Positions 1 through 11,434 of a stretch of 64,000 nucleotides of DNA are shown here, in pieces. Numbering within the stretch: position 1 is the stretch's first letter; the number at the start of each line of letters is the position of its first letter. The notes below the pieces were generated by a model that was not told the DNA's origin, searched no databases, and worked only from the letters and a program-made list of their open reading frames with translations. The stretch is from the sequence record PQ493298. One strand, written 5' to 3'. The position numbers and the translations under genes were made by a program. The DNA comes from Escherichia phage EPIMAM01.

Positions 1-2
1 GT

Positions 3-449
<447 letters not shown>

Positions 450-477
450 TATTAAAGCATATTAAAGAGGATTAAAA

Positions 478-2457
478 ATGACTTTATTATCTCCGGGCAT
501 TGAGCTCAAAGAAACTACGGTTCAAAGCACCGTGGTTAATAACTCTACTGGTACAGCAGCTTTGGCCGGTAAATTCCAGTGGGGTCCTGCTTTTCAAATT
601 AAACAGGTTACAAATGAAGTAGATTTAGTTAATACTTTTGGTCAACCTACAGCTGAAACTGCTGACTATTTTATGTCTGCAATGAATTTCTTACAATACG
701 GAAATGATTTGCGAGTTGTGCGTGCTGTCGATAGAGATACCGCTAAAAACTCATCTCCGATTGCCGGTAATATTGAATACACTATTTCTACCCCAGGTAG
801 TAACTACGCGGTTGGAGATAAAATCACGGTTAAGTATGTTTCAGAAGATGTTGAAACAGAATGTAAAGTTACCGAAGTAGATGCTGATGGAAAAATTAAG
901 AAAATTAATATTCCTACCGCAAAAATTATCGCTAAAGCGAAAGAAGTCGGTGAATACCCAGCATTAGGTTCTAACTGGACCGCGGAAATTTCTTCGTCTT
1001 CCTCTGGTTTAGCTGCAGTAATAACTCTTGGAAAAATTATTACTGATTCTGGTATTTTATTAGCTGAAATTGAAAATGCCGAAGCTGCTATGACAGCTGT
1101 TGACTTTCAGGCAAATCTCGAAAAATATGGAATTCCTGGAATAGTAGCTCTTTATCCAGGCGAGTTGGGCGATAAAATCGAAATTGAAATCGTATCTAAA
1201 GCTGACTACGCAAAAGGTGCTTCTGCATTACTTCCAATTTATCCAGGTGGCGGAACACGCGCATCTACTGCTAAAGCGGTGTTTGGATATGGACCGCAAA
1301 CTGATTCACAATACGCTATCATAGTTCGTCGCAATGATGCTATTGTTCAAAGCGTTGTTCTTTCAACGAAGCGTGGTGAAAAAGATATTTACGATAGTAA
1401 CATCTATATTGATGACTTTTTCGCAAAAGGTGGTTCAGAATATATTTTCGCAACTGCGCAAAACTGGCCAGAAGGCTTCTCTGGAATTTTAACTCTGTCT
1501 GGTGGATTATCATCAAATGCTGAAGTAACAGCAGGAGATTTGATGGAAGCTTGGGACTTCTTTGCTGACCGCGAATCTGTTGACGTTCAGTTGTTTATTG
1601 CGGGTTCTTGTGCCGGTGAATCTTTAGAAACAGCATCTACTGTCCAAAAACACGTCGTTTCAATTGGAGATGCTCGCCAAGATTGCTTAGTATTGTGCTC
1701 ACCACCGCGTGAAACTGTTGTTGGAATTCCTGTAACTCGTGCTGTTGATAACTTAGTCAATTGGAGAACCGCATCAGGTTCATACACTGATAATAACTTT
1801 AATATCAGTTCAACCTACGCAGCAATTGATGGTAACTACAAGTATCAGTATGACAAATATAATGATGTAAATCGTTGGGTTCCATTAGCAGCTGACATTG
1901 CTGGTTTATGCGCGAGAACTGATAACGTTTCTCAGACTTGGATGTCTCCAGCTGGTTATAATCGTGGCCAGATTCTTAACGTTATTAAACTTGCTATTGA
2001 AACTCGCCAAGCTCAGCGCGACCGTTTATATCAAGAAGCTATCAACCCAGTAACTGGTACAGGTGGTGATGGTTACGTATTATATGGTGATAAAACAGCT
2101 ACTTCTGTTCCTTCTCCATTTGATCGTATTAACGTTCGTCGTCTGTTTAATATGTTGAAAACGAATATCGGACGTAGTTCAAAATATCGTTTGTTCGAAT
2201 TAAACAACGCGTTTACTCGTTCATCATTCCGCACAGAAACTGCCCAATACTTACAGGGAATTAAAGCTCTCGGTGGAATTTATGAATATCGTGTAGTTTG
2301 CGATACAACAAATAACACTCCGTCAGTAATTGATAGAAATGAGTTTGTTGCAACATTCTACATTCAACCGGCTAGAAGCATTAACTACATTACCTTGAAC
2401 TTCGTAGCAACTGCTACTGGTGCAGATTTCGATGAGTTAACTGGTCTTGCAGGTTAA
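478..2457 (+). CDS. 18: tail sheath protein gp18
   Basis: 659 aa, same length as T4 gp18; position between 17 and 19; ATG start with AGAGGA-like SD. Confidence 0.95.
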   Translation: MTLLSPGIELKETTVQSTVVNNSTGTAALAGKFQWGPAFQIKQVTNEVDLVNTFGQPTAETADYFMSAMNFLQYGNDLRVVRAVDRDTAKNSSPIAGNIEYTISTPGSNYAVGDKITVKYVSEDVETECKVTEVDADGKIKKINIPTAKIIAKAKEVGEYPALGSNWTAEISSSSSGLAAVITLGKIITDSGILLAEIENAEAAMTAVDFQANLEKYGIPGIVALYPGELGDKIEIEIVSKADYAKGASALLPIYPGGGTRASTAKAVFGYGPQTDSQYAIIVRRNDAIVQSVVLSTKRGEKDIYDSNIYIDDFFAKGGSEYIFATAQNWPEGFSGILTLSGGLSSNAEVTAGDLMEAWDFFADRESVDVQLFIAGSCAGESLETASTVQKHVVSIGDARQDCLVLCSPPRETVVGIPVTRAVDNLVNWRTASGSYTDNNFNISSTYAAIDGNYKYQYDKYNDVNRWVPLAADIAGLCARTDNVSQTWMSPAGYNRGQILNVIKLAIETRQAQRDRLYQEAINPVTGTGGDGYVLYGDKTATSVPSPFDRINVRRLFNMLKTNIGRSSKYRLFELNNAFTRSSFRTETAQYLQGIKALGGIYEYRVVCDTTNNTPSVIDRNEFVATFYIQPARSINYITLNFVATATGADFDELTGLAG

Positions 2458-2473
2458 TACGGTGCATTCTAAA

Positions 2474-2491
2474 GGCCTGTTTCGGCAGGCC
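2474..2491 (+). terminator. stem-loop GGCCTG-TTTCGG-CAGGCC after gene 18
   Basis: Inverted repeat read directly in sequence just downstream of gene 18 stop. Confidence 0.5.
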
Positions 2492-2551
2492 ATATAAATA
2501 CACTATATCCTTAATTCTTTAATTCTATATGCCCTAGGTTAAACATAGGGA

Positions 2552-2559
2552 TATAAATA
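2552..2559 (+). promoter_or_regulatory. late promoter box TATAAATA upstream of gene 19 (second copy at 2493-2500)
   Basis: Exact TATAAATA motifs in the 18-19 intergenic region. Confidence 0.65.
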
Positions 2560-2573
2560 CTACAGAGGCTAAT

Positions 2574-3065
2574 ATGTTTGTAGATGATGTAACACGAGCG
2601 TTTGAATCTGGTGATTTTGCTCGACCTAACTTATTCCAAGTAGAAATTTCTTATCTTGGACAAAATTTTACGTTTCAATGTAAAGCCACTGCTTTACCAG
2701 CTGGTATTGTAGAAAAAATTCCAGTCGGATTCATGAACCGTAAAATTAACGTAGCAGGCGATCGTACATTCGATGACTGGACTGTTACAGTAATGAACGA
2801 TGAGGCACATGATGCTCGCCAGAAGTTTGTTGATTGGCAAAGCATTGCTGCTGGGCAAGGGAACGAAATTACTGGTGGAAAACCAGCAGAGTATAAAAAG
2901 AGTGCTGTTGTTCGCCAATATGCTCGTGACGCTAAAACTGTAACAAAAGAAGTCGAAATTAAAGGCCTGTGGCCTACTAACGTGGGTGAACTTCAATTAG
3001 ATTGGGATTCAAACAATGAAATCCAAACCTTTGAAGTAACTCTTGCTCTCGATTATTGGGAATAA
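2574..3065 (+). CDS. 19: tail tube protein gp19
   Basis: 163 aa, matches T4 gp19 length and position. Confidence 0.95.
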   Translation: MFVDDVTRAFESGDFARPNLFQVEISYLGQNFTFQCKATALPAGIVEKIPVGFMNRKINVAGDRTFDDWTVTVMNDEAHDARQKFVDWQSIAAGQGNEITGGKPAEYKKSAVVRQYARDAKTVTKEVEIKGLWPTNVGELQLDWDSNNEIQTFEVTLALDYWE

Positions 3066-3097
3066 AATGAATGGGGAGAAATCCCCATCCTGCTTAA

Positions 3098-4722
<1,625 letters not shown>

Positions 4723-4723
<1 letters not shown>

Positions 4724-4962
4724 TGGAAGGTTTAATTGAAGCTATTAAATCAAACGACCTCGTAGCCGCTCGTAAATTATTTGCTGAAGCCATGGCTGCA
4801 AGAACGATTGATTTAATTAAAGAAGAAAAAATCGCTATCGCTCGTAATTTCTTAATCGAAGGTGAAGAACCTGACGATGAAGATGACGAAGATAGCGATG
4901 ATAAAGACGACAAAAAAGACAAAGACTCTGATGAAGATGACGAAGACGAGGATGATGAATAA
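4723..4962 (+). CDS. 67: prohead core protein gp67 with poly-acidic C-terminal tail
   Basis: 79 aa, ATGA-coupled to gene 20 stop; T4 gene order 20-67-68-21. Confidence 0.85.
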
Positions 4963-5387
4963 TGCTTCTGATCCCTGAAACTCATGAATTAGTTCTCGAG
5001 AATGTCGAAGCACTTATTCCTGAAGCACAGGGTCGCTTTGACGAATTGTCTTCTGCTTTAAATAAAGACGATATAAATACAATTGTCGAGAATATGCTTG
5101 ATGATGAAACTGATTTAGCGGTTGCATTAGCTTCTATTAATGAAGATATGCCGCTAAATGAATTCATCGTTAAACATGTTTCTGCTCGTGGTGAAATTAC
5201 ACGTACCAAAGACCGCAAAACGCGTGAACGTAATGCATTTCAAACCACCGGGCTGTCTAAAGCAAAACGTAGACAAATTGCTCGCAAAGCTACCAAAACG
5301 AAGATTGCCAATCCAGCAGGTCAATCTCGTGCTCAGCGTAAGCGTAAAAAAGCTCTTAAACGCCGTAAAGCATTAGGATTAAGCTAA
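4962..5387 (+). CDS. 68: prohead core protein gp68
   Basis: 141 aa, basic C-terminus; synteny. Confidence 0.85.
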   Translation: MLLIPETHELVLENVEALIPEAQGRFDELSSALNKDDINTIVENMLDDETDLAVALASINEDMPLNEFIVKHVSARGEITRTKDRKTRERNAFQTTGLSKAKRRQIARKATKTKIANPAGQSRAQRKRKKALKRRKALGLS

Positions 5388-6025
5388 TGAATGAACCCCA
5401 ATTACTAATTGAAACTTGGGGTCAACCTGGCGAAATTATTGATGGCGTGCCAATGCTTGAATCTCATGATGGAAAAGACCTAGGTTTAAAACCCGGTTTA
5501 TACATCGAAGGAATATTCATGCAAGCGGAAGTCGTCAATAGAAATAAACGTCTTTATCCAAAACGCATATTAGAAAAAGCGGTAAAAGACTATATCAATG
5601 AGCAAGTTTTAACTAAACAAGCTCTCGGAGAATTAAATCATCCTCCACGCGCTAATGTTGACCCGATGCAAGCCGCTATCATTATAGAAGATATGTGGTG
5701 GAAAGGAAATGACGTATACGGACGAGCTCGTGTTATTGAAGGTGACCATGGTCCTGGAGATAAATTAGCAGCTAATATTCGTGCCGGATGGATTCCAGGA
5801 GTTTCTTCTCGTGGATTAGGTTCATTGACTGACACAAATAAAGGTTATCGTATCGTAAACGAAGGATTCAAATTAACTGTAGGTGTTGATGCAGTATGGG
5901 GTCCAAGTGCTCCAGATGCATGGGTAACTCCTAAGGAAATTACCGAATCACAGACGGCGGAAGCCGATACAAGTGCCGATGACGCCTATATGGCTCTCGC
6001 AGAGGCCATGAAAAAAGCGTTATAA
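5387..6025 (+). CDS. 21: prohead core scaffold protease gp21
   Basis: 212 aa, length and position as T4 gp21. Confidence 0.9.
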   Translation: MNEPQLLIETWGQPGEIIDGVPMLESHDGKDLGLKPGLYIEGIFMQAEVVNRNKRLYPKRILEKAVKDYINEQVLTKQALGELNHPPRANVDPMQAAIIIEDMWWKGNDVYGRARVIEGDHGPGDKLAANIRAGWIPGVSSRGLGSLTDTNKGYRIVNEGFKLTVGVDAVWGPSAPDAWVTPKEITESQTAEADTSADDAYMALAEAMKKAL

Positions 6026-6028
6026 ATA
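6021..6028 (+). promoter_or_regulatory. late promoter box TATAAATA upstream of gene 22
   Basis: Exact TATAAATA overlapping gene 21 stop. Confidence 0.6.
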
Positions 6029-6055
6029 TTATTATCTAAACAACAGGACTACAAA

Positions 6056-6865
6056 ATGCTTAAAGAACAACTGATTGCTGAAGCGCAAAAAATTGATGCT
6101 TCCGTTGCTCTTGATAGTATTTTCGAATCAGTTAATATTTCTCCGGAAGCAAAAGAAACTTTCGGCACTGTATTCGAAGCTACCGTCAAGCAGCACGCCG
6201 TTAAATTAGCTGAATCTCATATCGCTAAAATTGCTGAAAAAGCAGAAGAAGAAGTAGAAAAGAATAAAGAAGAAGCCGAAGAAAAAGCTGAGAAGAAAAT
6301 CGCTGAGCAAGCTTCTAAATTCATCGACCATCTTGCGAAAGAATGGCTCGCTGAAAATAAATTAGCAGTTGATAAAGGCATCAAAGCCGAACTGTTTGAA
6401 TCCATGCTTGGTGGATTAAAAGAGCTCTTTGTTGAACACAACGTTGTTGTTCCAGAAGAATCAGTTGATGTTGTAGCTGAAATGGAAGAAGAGCTGCAAG
6501 AACATAAAGAAGAATCAGCTCGTCTGTTCGAAGAACTCAATAAGCGTGACGCATATATCAATTATGTGCAGCGTGAAGTGGCATTGAGCGAAAGTACTAA
6601 AGATCTGACTGAGTCTCAAAAAGAAAAAGTCTCTGCTCTGGTCGAAGGTATGGATTATTCAGATGCATTCTCAAGTAAATTGAGTGCCATCGTAGAAATG
6701 GTGAAGAAGTCTAATAAAGATGAAAGCACTATTACTGAGGGTATAAATACTCCTGATACTGAAGCAGCCGGACTGAATTTCGTCACTGAAGCTGTAGAAG
6801 ATAAAGCTGCACCTGGTGCAGAAGATATTGTAAGTGTATATGCGAAAGTCGCATCTCGTTTCTAA
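6056..6865 (+). CDS. 22: prohead core scaffold protein gp22
   Basis: 269 aa, acidic coiled-coil-like composition; synteny. Confidence 0.9.
   Translation: MLKEQLIAEAQKIDASVALDSIFESVNISPEAKETFGTVFEATVKQHAVKLAESHIAKIAEKAEEEVEKNKEEAEEKAEKKIAEQASKFIDHLAKEWLAENKLAVDKGIKAELFESMLGGLKELFVEHNVVVPEESVDVVAEMEEELQEHKEESARLFEELNKRDAYINYVQREVALSESTKDLTESQKEKVSALVEGMDYSDAFSSKLSAIVEMVKKSNKDESTITEGINTPDTEAAGLNFVTEAVEDKAAPGAEDIVSVYAKVASRF
6742..6749 (+). promoter_or_regulatory. late promoter box TATAAATA inside 3' end of gene 22, about 135 nt upstream of gene 23
   Basis: Exact TATAAATA within gene 22 coding sequence. Confidence 0.5.
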
Positions 6866-6883
6866 TTTTAAAGGTTAACACAA

Positions 6884-8449
6884 ATGACTATCAAAACTAA
6901 AGCTGAACTTTTGAACAAATGGAAGCCATTACTGGAAGGTGAAGGTTTACCGGAAATTGCTAATAGCAAACAAGCGATTATCGCTAAAATCTTTGAAAAC
7001 CAGGAAAAAGATTTCCAGACAGCTCCAGAATACAAAGACGAAAAAATCGCTCAGGCGTTTGGTTCTTTCTTAACAGAAGCTGAAATCGGTGGTGACCACG
7101 GTTACAACGCTACTAACATCGCTGCTGGTCAGACTTCTGGCGCAGTAACTCAGATTGGCCCAGCTGTTATGGGTATGGTACGTCGTGCTATTCCTAACCT
7201 GATTGCTTTCGATATTTGCGGTGTTCAGCCGATGAACAGCCCGACTGGCCAGGTATTCGCACTGCGTGCAGTATATGGTAAAGACCCAATCGCTTCCGGT
7301 GCTAAAGAAGCATTCCACCCAATGTATGGTCCAGATGCAATGTTCTCTGGTCAGGGTGCTGCTAAGAAATTCGCTGCTTTGAAAGCAAGTGATACTCTTG
7401 AAGTTGGAACTATTTACACCCACTTCTTCCAGGAAACTGGTACTGTATATCTGCAAGCTACAGAAGTTAAGCAAATTGATACTAGTGCATCTGACGCAGC
7501 TAAATTAGATGCTGAAATTAAGAAACAAATGGAAGCTGGTGTACTGGTAGAAATCGCTGAAGGTATGGCTACTTCTATCGCTGAACTCCAGGAAGGTTTC
7601 AACGGTTCTACCGATAACCCATGGAATGAAATGGGCTTCCGTATCGATAAACAAGTTATCGAAGCTAAATCTCGTCAGCTGAAAGCTGCTTACTCTATCG
7701 AATTAGCACAAGACCTCCGCGCTGTTCACGGTATGGATGCTGATGCTGAACTGTCTGGTATTCTGGCTACCGAAATCATGTTGGAAATCAACCGTGAAGT
7801 TGTTGATTGGATTAACTACTCAGCTCAGGTTGGTAAATCTGGTATGACCCTGACTCCGGGTTCTAAAGCTGGTGTATTTGACTTCCAGGATCCGATTGAT
7901 ATTCGTGGTGCTCGCTGGGCGGGTGAATCCTTTAAAGCTCTGTTGTTCCAGATTGACAAAGAAGCAGTTGAAATTGCTCGTCAGACCGGTCGTGGTGAAG
8001 GTAACTTCATTATCGCTTCCCGTAACGTAGTTAACGTTCTGGCTTCAGTTGATACCGGCATTTCTTATGCTGCACAGGGTCTGGCTACCGGCTTTAACAC
8101 TGATACTACCAAGTCAGTATTTGCTGGTGTTCTGGGTGGTAAATACCGTGTATATATCGACCAGTATGCTAAACAGGATTATTTCACTGTAGGTTATAAA
8201 GGTCCGAACGAAATGGATGCTGGTATTTACTACGCTCCATATGTAGCTCTGACTCCGCTGCGTGGTTCCGATCCGAAGAACTTCCAACCAGTAATGGGAT
8301 TCAAAACTCGTTACGGTATCGGTATCAACCCATTTGCAGAATCCGCTGCTCAGGCTCCGGCTTCTCGCATCCAGAGCGGTATGCCTTCTATTCTGAATAG
8401 CCTTGGTAAAAACGCTTACTTCCGCCGTGTATATGTTAAAGGTATCTAA
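6884..8449 (+). CDS. 23: major capsid protein gp23
   Basis: 521 aa; near-identical to remembered T4 gp23 except a variable patch around residues 165-200. Confidence 0.97.
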   Translation: MTIKTKAELLNKWKPLLEGEGLPEIANSKQAIIAKIFENQEKDFQTAPEYKDEKIAQAFGSFLTEAEIGGDHGYNATNIAAGQTSGAVTQIGPAVMGMVRRAIPNLIAFDICGVQPMNSPTGQVFALRAVYGKDPIASGAKEAFHPMYGPDAMFSGQGAAKKFAALKASDTLEVGTIYTHFFQETGTVYLQATEVKQIDTSASDAAKLDAEIKKQMEAGVLVEIAEGMATSIAELQEGFNGSTDNPWNEMGFRIDKQVIEAKSRQLKAAYSIELAQDLRAVHGMDADAELSGILATEIMLEINREVVDWINYSAQVGKSGMTLTPGSKAGVFDFQDPIDIRGARWAGESFKALLFQIDKEAVEIARQTGRGEGNFIIASRNVVNVLASVDTGISYAAQGLATGFNTDTTKSVFAGVLGGKYRVYIDQYAKQDYFTVGYKGPNEMDAGIYYAPYVALTPLRGSDPKNFQPVMGFKTRYGIGINPFAESAAQAPASRIQSGMPSILNSLGKNAYFRRVYVKGI

Positions 8450-8464
8450 TCTTTGACGATTTAA

Positions 8465-8480
8465 GGGACCTTCGGGTCCC
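8465..8480 (+). terminator. stem-loop GGGACC-TTCG-GGTCCC after gene 23
   Basis: Perfect inverted repeat with TTCG loop followed by T-rich run. Confidence 0.7.
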
Positions 8481-8497
8481 TTTAGTTGTTTTTATGG

Positions 8498-8505
8498 TAT
8501 AAATA
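8498..8505 (+). promoter_or_regulatory. late promoter box TATAAATA upstream of gene 24
   Basis: Exact TATAAATA 28 nt upstream of ATG 8533. Confidence 0.7.
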
Positions 8506-8532
8506 AATCATATAAACCAAAAGGAAAGCGCA

Positions 8533-9816
8533 ATGGCTAAAATCAACGAACTTCTGCGCGAATCAACCACAACGAATAGCAACTCAATCGGTCGCCCAAA
8601 TCTCGTTGCTTTGACTCGCGCTACCACTAAATTAATATATTCTGACATTGTAGCAACGCAAAGAACTAATCAACCTGTTGCTGCTTTTTATGGTATCAAA
8701 TACCTTAACCCGGATAACGAATTTACATTTAAAACTGGTGCTACTTATGCTGGCGAAGCTGGGTATGTAGACCGAGAACAAATCACAGAATTAACAGAAG
8801 AGTCTAAATTAACTCTCAATAAAGGCGATTTATTCAAATATAATAATATCGTTTATAAAGTATTAGAAGATACACCATTTGCTGATATTGAAGAAAGTGA
8901 TTTAGAATTAGCTCTTCAGATTGCAATTGTTCTTTTAAAGGTTCGTCTATTTTCTGATGCTGCAGTAACAAGCAAATTTGAAAGCTCTGATAGTGAAATT
9001 GCGGATGCTAGATTCCAGATTAATAAATGGCAAACCGCAGTTAAATCTCGTAAACTTAAAACTGGCATCACAGTCGAATTAGCACAAGATTTAGAAGCAA
9101 ATGGATTCGATGCTCCTAATTTCTTGGAAGATTTGCTTGCAACTGAAATGGCGGATGAAATCAATAAAGATATTCTACAGTCTTTGATTACAGTATCAAA
9201 ACGCTATAAAGTTACAGGAATTACTGATACTGGATTCATTGATTTGAGTTATGCATCTGCACCTGAAGCTGGTCGTTCATTATACCGAATGGTGTGTGAA
9301 ATGGTTTCACATATCCAGAAAGAATCAACTTATACAGCAACGTTCTGTGTTGCTTCAGCTCGCGCCGCTGCGATTCTTGCTGCATCAGGTTGGTTAAAAC
9401 ATAAACCAGAAGATGACAAATATCTTTCACAAAATGCCTACGGGTTCTTAGCTAATGGTTTACCGCTTTATTGCGATACCAACAGTCCATTAGATTATGT
9501 AATCGTTGGCGTAGTAGAAAATATTGGTGAAAAAGAAATTGTTGGATCAATTTTCTATGCTCCGTATACAGAAGGTCTTGACTTAGATGACCCTGAACAT
9601 GTAGGTGCATTTAAAGTTGTAGTTGATCCAGAAAGTTTGCAGCCATCTATCGGTTTATTAGTTAGATATGCTTTATCTGCAAATCCTTACACTGTAGCAA
9701 AAGATGAAAAAGAAGCAAGAGTAATTGATGGTGGAGACATGGATAAAATGGCGGGTCGTTCAGATTTGTCTGTTTTATTAGGTGTTAAGCTACCAAAAAT
9801 TATCATTGATGAATAA
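8533..9816 (+). CDS. 24: capsid vertex protein gp24
   Basis: 427 aa, same as T4 gp24; paralogous to gp23. Confidence 0.95.
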   Translation: MAKINELLRESTTTNSNSIGRPNLVALTRATTKLIYSDIVATQRTNQPVAAFYGIKYLNPDNEFTFKTGATYAGEAGYVDREQITELTEESKLTLNKGDLFKYNNIVYKVLEDTPFADIEESDLELALQIAIVLLKVRLFSDAAVTSKFESSDSEIADARFQINKWQTAVKSRKLKTGITVELAQDLEANGFDAPNFLEDLLATEMADEINKDILQSLITVSKRYKVTGITDTGFIDLSYASAPEAGRSLYRMVCEMVSHIQKESTYTATFCVASARAAAILAASGWLKHKPEDDKYLSQNAYGFLANGLPLYCDTNSPLDYVIVGVVENIGEKEIVGSIFYAPYTEGLDLDDPEHVGAFKVVVDPESLQPSIGLLVRYALSANPYTVAKDEKEARVIDGGDMDKMAGRSDLSVLLGVKLPKIIIDE

Positions 9817-9820
9817 AACA

Positions 9821-9845
9821 AAGGGACCTTTCGGTCCCTTTTTAT
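9821..9845. terminator. bidirectional stem-loop (AAGGGACC-TTTC-GGTCCCTT) between convergent genes 24 and rnlB
   Basis: Inverted repeat flanked by A-run and T-run. Confidence 0.7.
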
Positions 9846-10850
9846 TTAACTTACCAATTCAATCCAAGCCGGACGAAGTACATCTTGTACCATTTTAACT
9901 AATTCCTTCTTAATCAAAGAAGGATTATCCGCTTGAGTTAGAGTAATACCTTCACGAGAAGTTTCTTCCAAAATATCTTGAACCGTTAGTCCCATCACCT
10001 TTCCAAAATCTTTTGGACCGATTTCGCCAATTTTAGAAATAACGTTATTTACTCGGTTCAGTGTAACGTAACAAGCTAAAATTCCAACCAATTTGTTATC
10101 AGCTTCTGACAGTTCAACTTTAGCTTTAATAGGCTTATCAGACTTTTTCTTTTCACTAAATTTAGAGTTCTTGCATTTGATAGCTACGCGATTGCCATTA
10201 GGCATCCAAGAAGGATAACAAGGTTTCAATACATATCCTTCAGCGGTAAATACTTCGCCTTTTACTTCAGCATTCCAAACGCATTTATTCGCATCAACTA
10301 ATCCAGCATGGTCTACTGTAAAATTATAATCTTGGACGACAGAATCTAAATCATTTGGCAATTTAATAAGCTCTTCAAATTTACCGCGACCTAAAAGTGG
10401 AGCCATTTTAAATTTAAATGTATTACAGAATGATTCCATCATATAATCATCGACATAAGTCACATCACCACTTTCTGTAGTAACAATAATGTCAAATACA
10501 TAAAAATCTTTATCGCCATAATCGACATTCTTCTGAATGCCAGGTCCGGCAAATTCACCGAAGACTTGATAAGATACAACCGCTGAAGTTTCCATAATAT
10601 CTTGTACTGCTTTAATGGAATCAGCGTAATTCTTCAAAATAATTTCATACCCAAAGAAATCTTCAGCAGGAAGAATAGGACCAGTGCGTTTAGCACAAGT
10701 TACTTTATCACGCTCAATAATTAATGAGAAATTTGTGCCATGAATCTTTTCACGAGCTACCCAATCGCCGCCAGTCAATCCTAAACTATAAAGTTTTTCA
10801 ATGAATTTAGAATTGTAATGATTTTCAAGACTGCTATACTTTTTAAACAT
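9846..10850 (-). CDS. rnlB: RNA ligase 2
   Basis: 334 aa; contains ligase KxHG motif (EKIHGTN); matches remembered T4 Rnl2. Confidence 0.9.
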   Translation of the reverse strand: MFKKYSSLENHYNSKFIEKLYSLGLTGGDWVAREKIHGTNFSLIIERDKVTCAKRTGPILPAEDFFGYEIILKNYADSIKAVQDIMETSAVVSYQVFGEFAGPGIQKNVDYGDKDFYVFDIIVTTESGDVTYVDDYMMESFCNTFKFKMAPLLGRGKFEELIKLPNDLDSVVQDYNFTVDHAGLVDANKCVWNAEVKGEVFTAEGYVLKPCYPSWMPNGNRVAIKCKNSKFSEKKKSDKPIKAKVELSEADNKLVGILACYVTLNRVNNVISKIGEIGPKDFGKVMGLTVQDILEETSREGITLTQADNPSLIKKELVKMVQDVLRPAWIELVS

Positions 10851-10859
10851 AATTAATCC

Positions 10860-11138
10860 TCAAAATGTAATTTCTAACCAATCACCATCACGCTGATCAC
10901 TATTGACTTTAAAGCTAAATCCTTCTTTTCTCAGCCAATCACCAATTTCTTCAGTAATCAATTTATCGCGAGCAGTACAATAATAACTAAAATATGTTTT
11001 ACCTTGTTCAGCTGCTTTATTAGCAAGTTCCGAAAAATCTTTAATAAAACACTCTAGCTTAAACTGTTTACTTTTAAGTGCTTTTTCGCGTAATCGATTA
11101 GCAAAAGATTCATTTTCATAAAGATCATACTGTTCCAT
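10860..11138 (-). CDS. hypothetical protein (T4 24.2-like position)
   Basis: 92 aa ORF, tight spacing with rnlB. Confidence 0.6.
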   Translation of the reverse strand: MEQYDLYENESFANRLREKALKSKQFKLECFIKDFSELANKAAEQGKTYFSYYCTARDKLITEEIGDWLRKEGFSFKVNSDQRDGDWLEITF

Positions 11139-11141
11139 TTT

Positions 11142-11339
11142 TCACCTTTTATTAATATGTCTTTTTCTATAGACAACTTTTTCTCGAGTTTCAAATTTAT
11201 TCTTAGCAGTCATAGCTCGAGCCCATAATACAGCCACTTCTTTCACCTGTAAGTTTAATTCACGAGCAATTTCAATGAATGACTTTCCAGACTCATGAAG
11301 AGTAAACACCACAACCTCAGTTCTCATAATCAATCTCAT
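11142..11339 (-). CDS. hypothetical small protein (24.3-like position)
   Basis: 65 aa ORF; start codon uncertain. Confidence 0.45.
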   Translation of the reverse strand: MRLIMRTEVVVFTLHESGKSFIEIARELNLQVKEVAVLWARAMTAKNKFETREKVVYRKRHINKR

Positions 11340-11408
11340 GTTATCGAGTTGATGCCATTATATACATCATTTTCTGAGTATGTTTTGTGTGCTTTCAAAA
11401 TGAAGAAA

Positions 11409-11422
11409 GGGGCCGAAGCCCC
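11409..11422. terminator. stem-loop GGGGCC-GAAG-CCCC
   Basis: Perfect inverted repeat between hoc stop and upstream ORF start. Confidence 0.6.
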
Positions 11423-11434
11423 TTATGATTATGA

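Noticed and set aside
1587-1787. Short antisense or alternate-frame ORFs inside large genes (for example 1587-1787, 2694-2996, 3947-4249, 7070-7474, 14154-14507, 27464-27882, 48597-49076, 53092-53334, 58058-59026)
   Set aside because: All lie wholly within well-supported long genes, have odd composition and no SD-linked start; treated as chance frames in AT-rich DNA.
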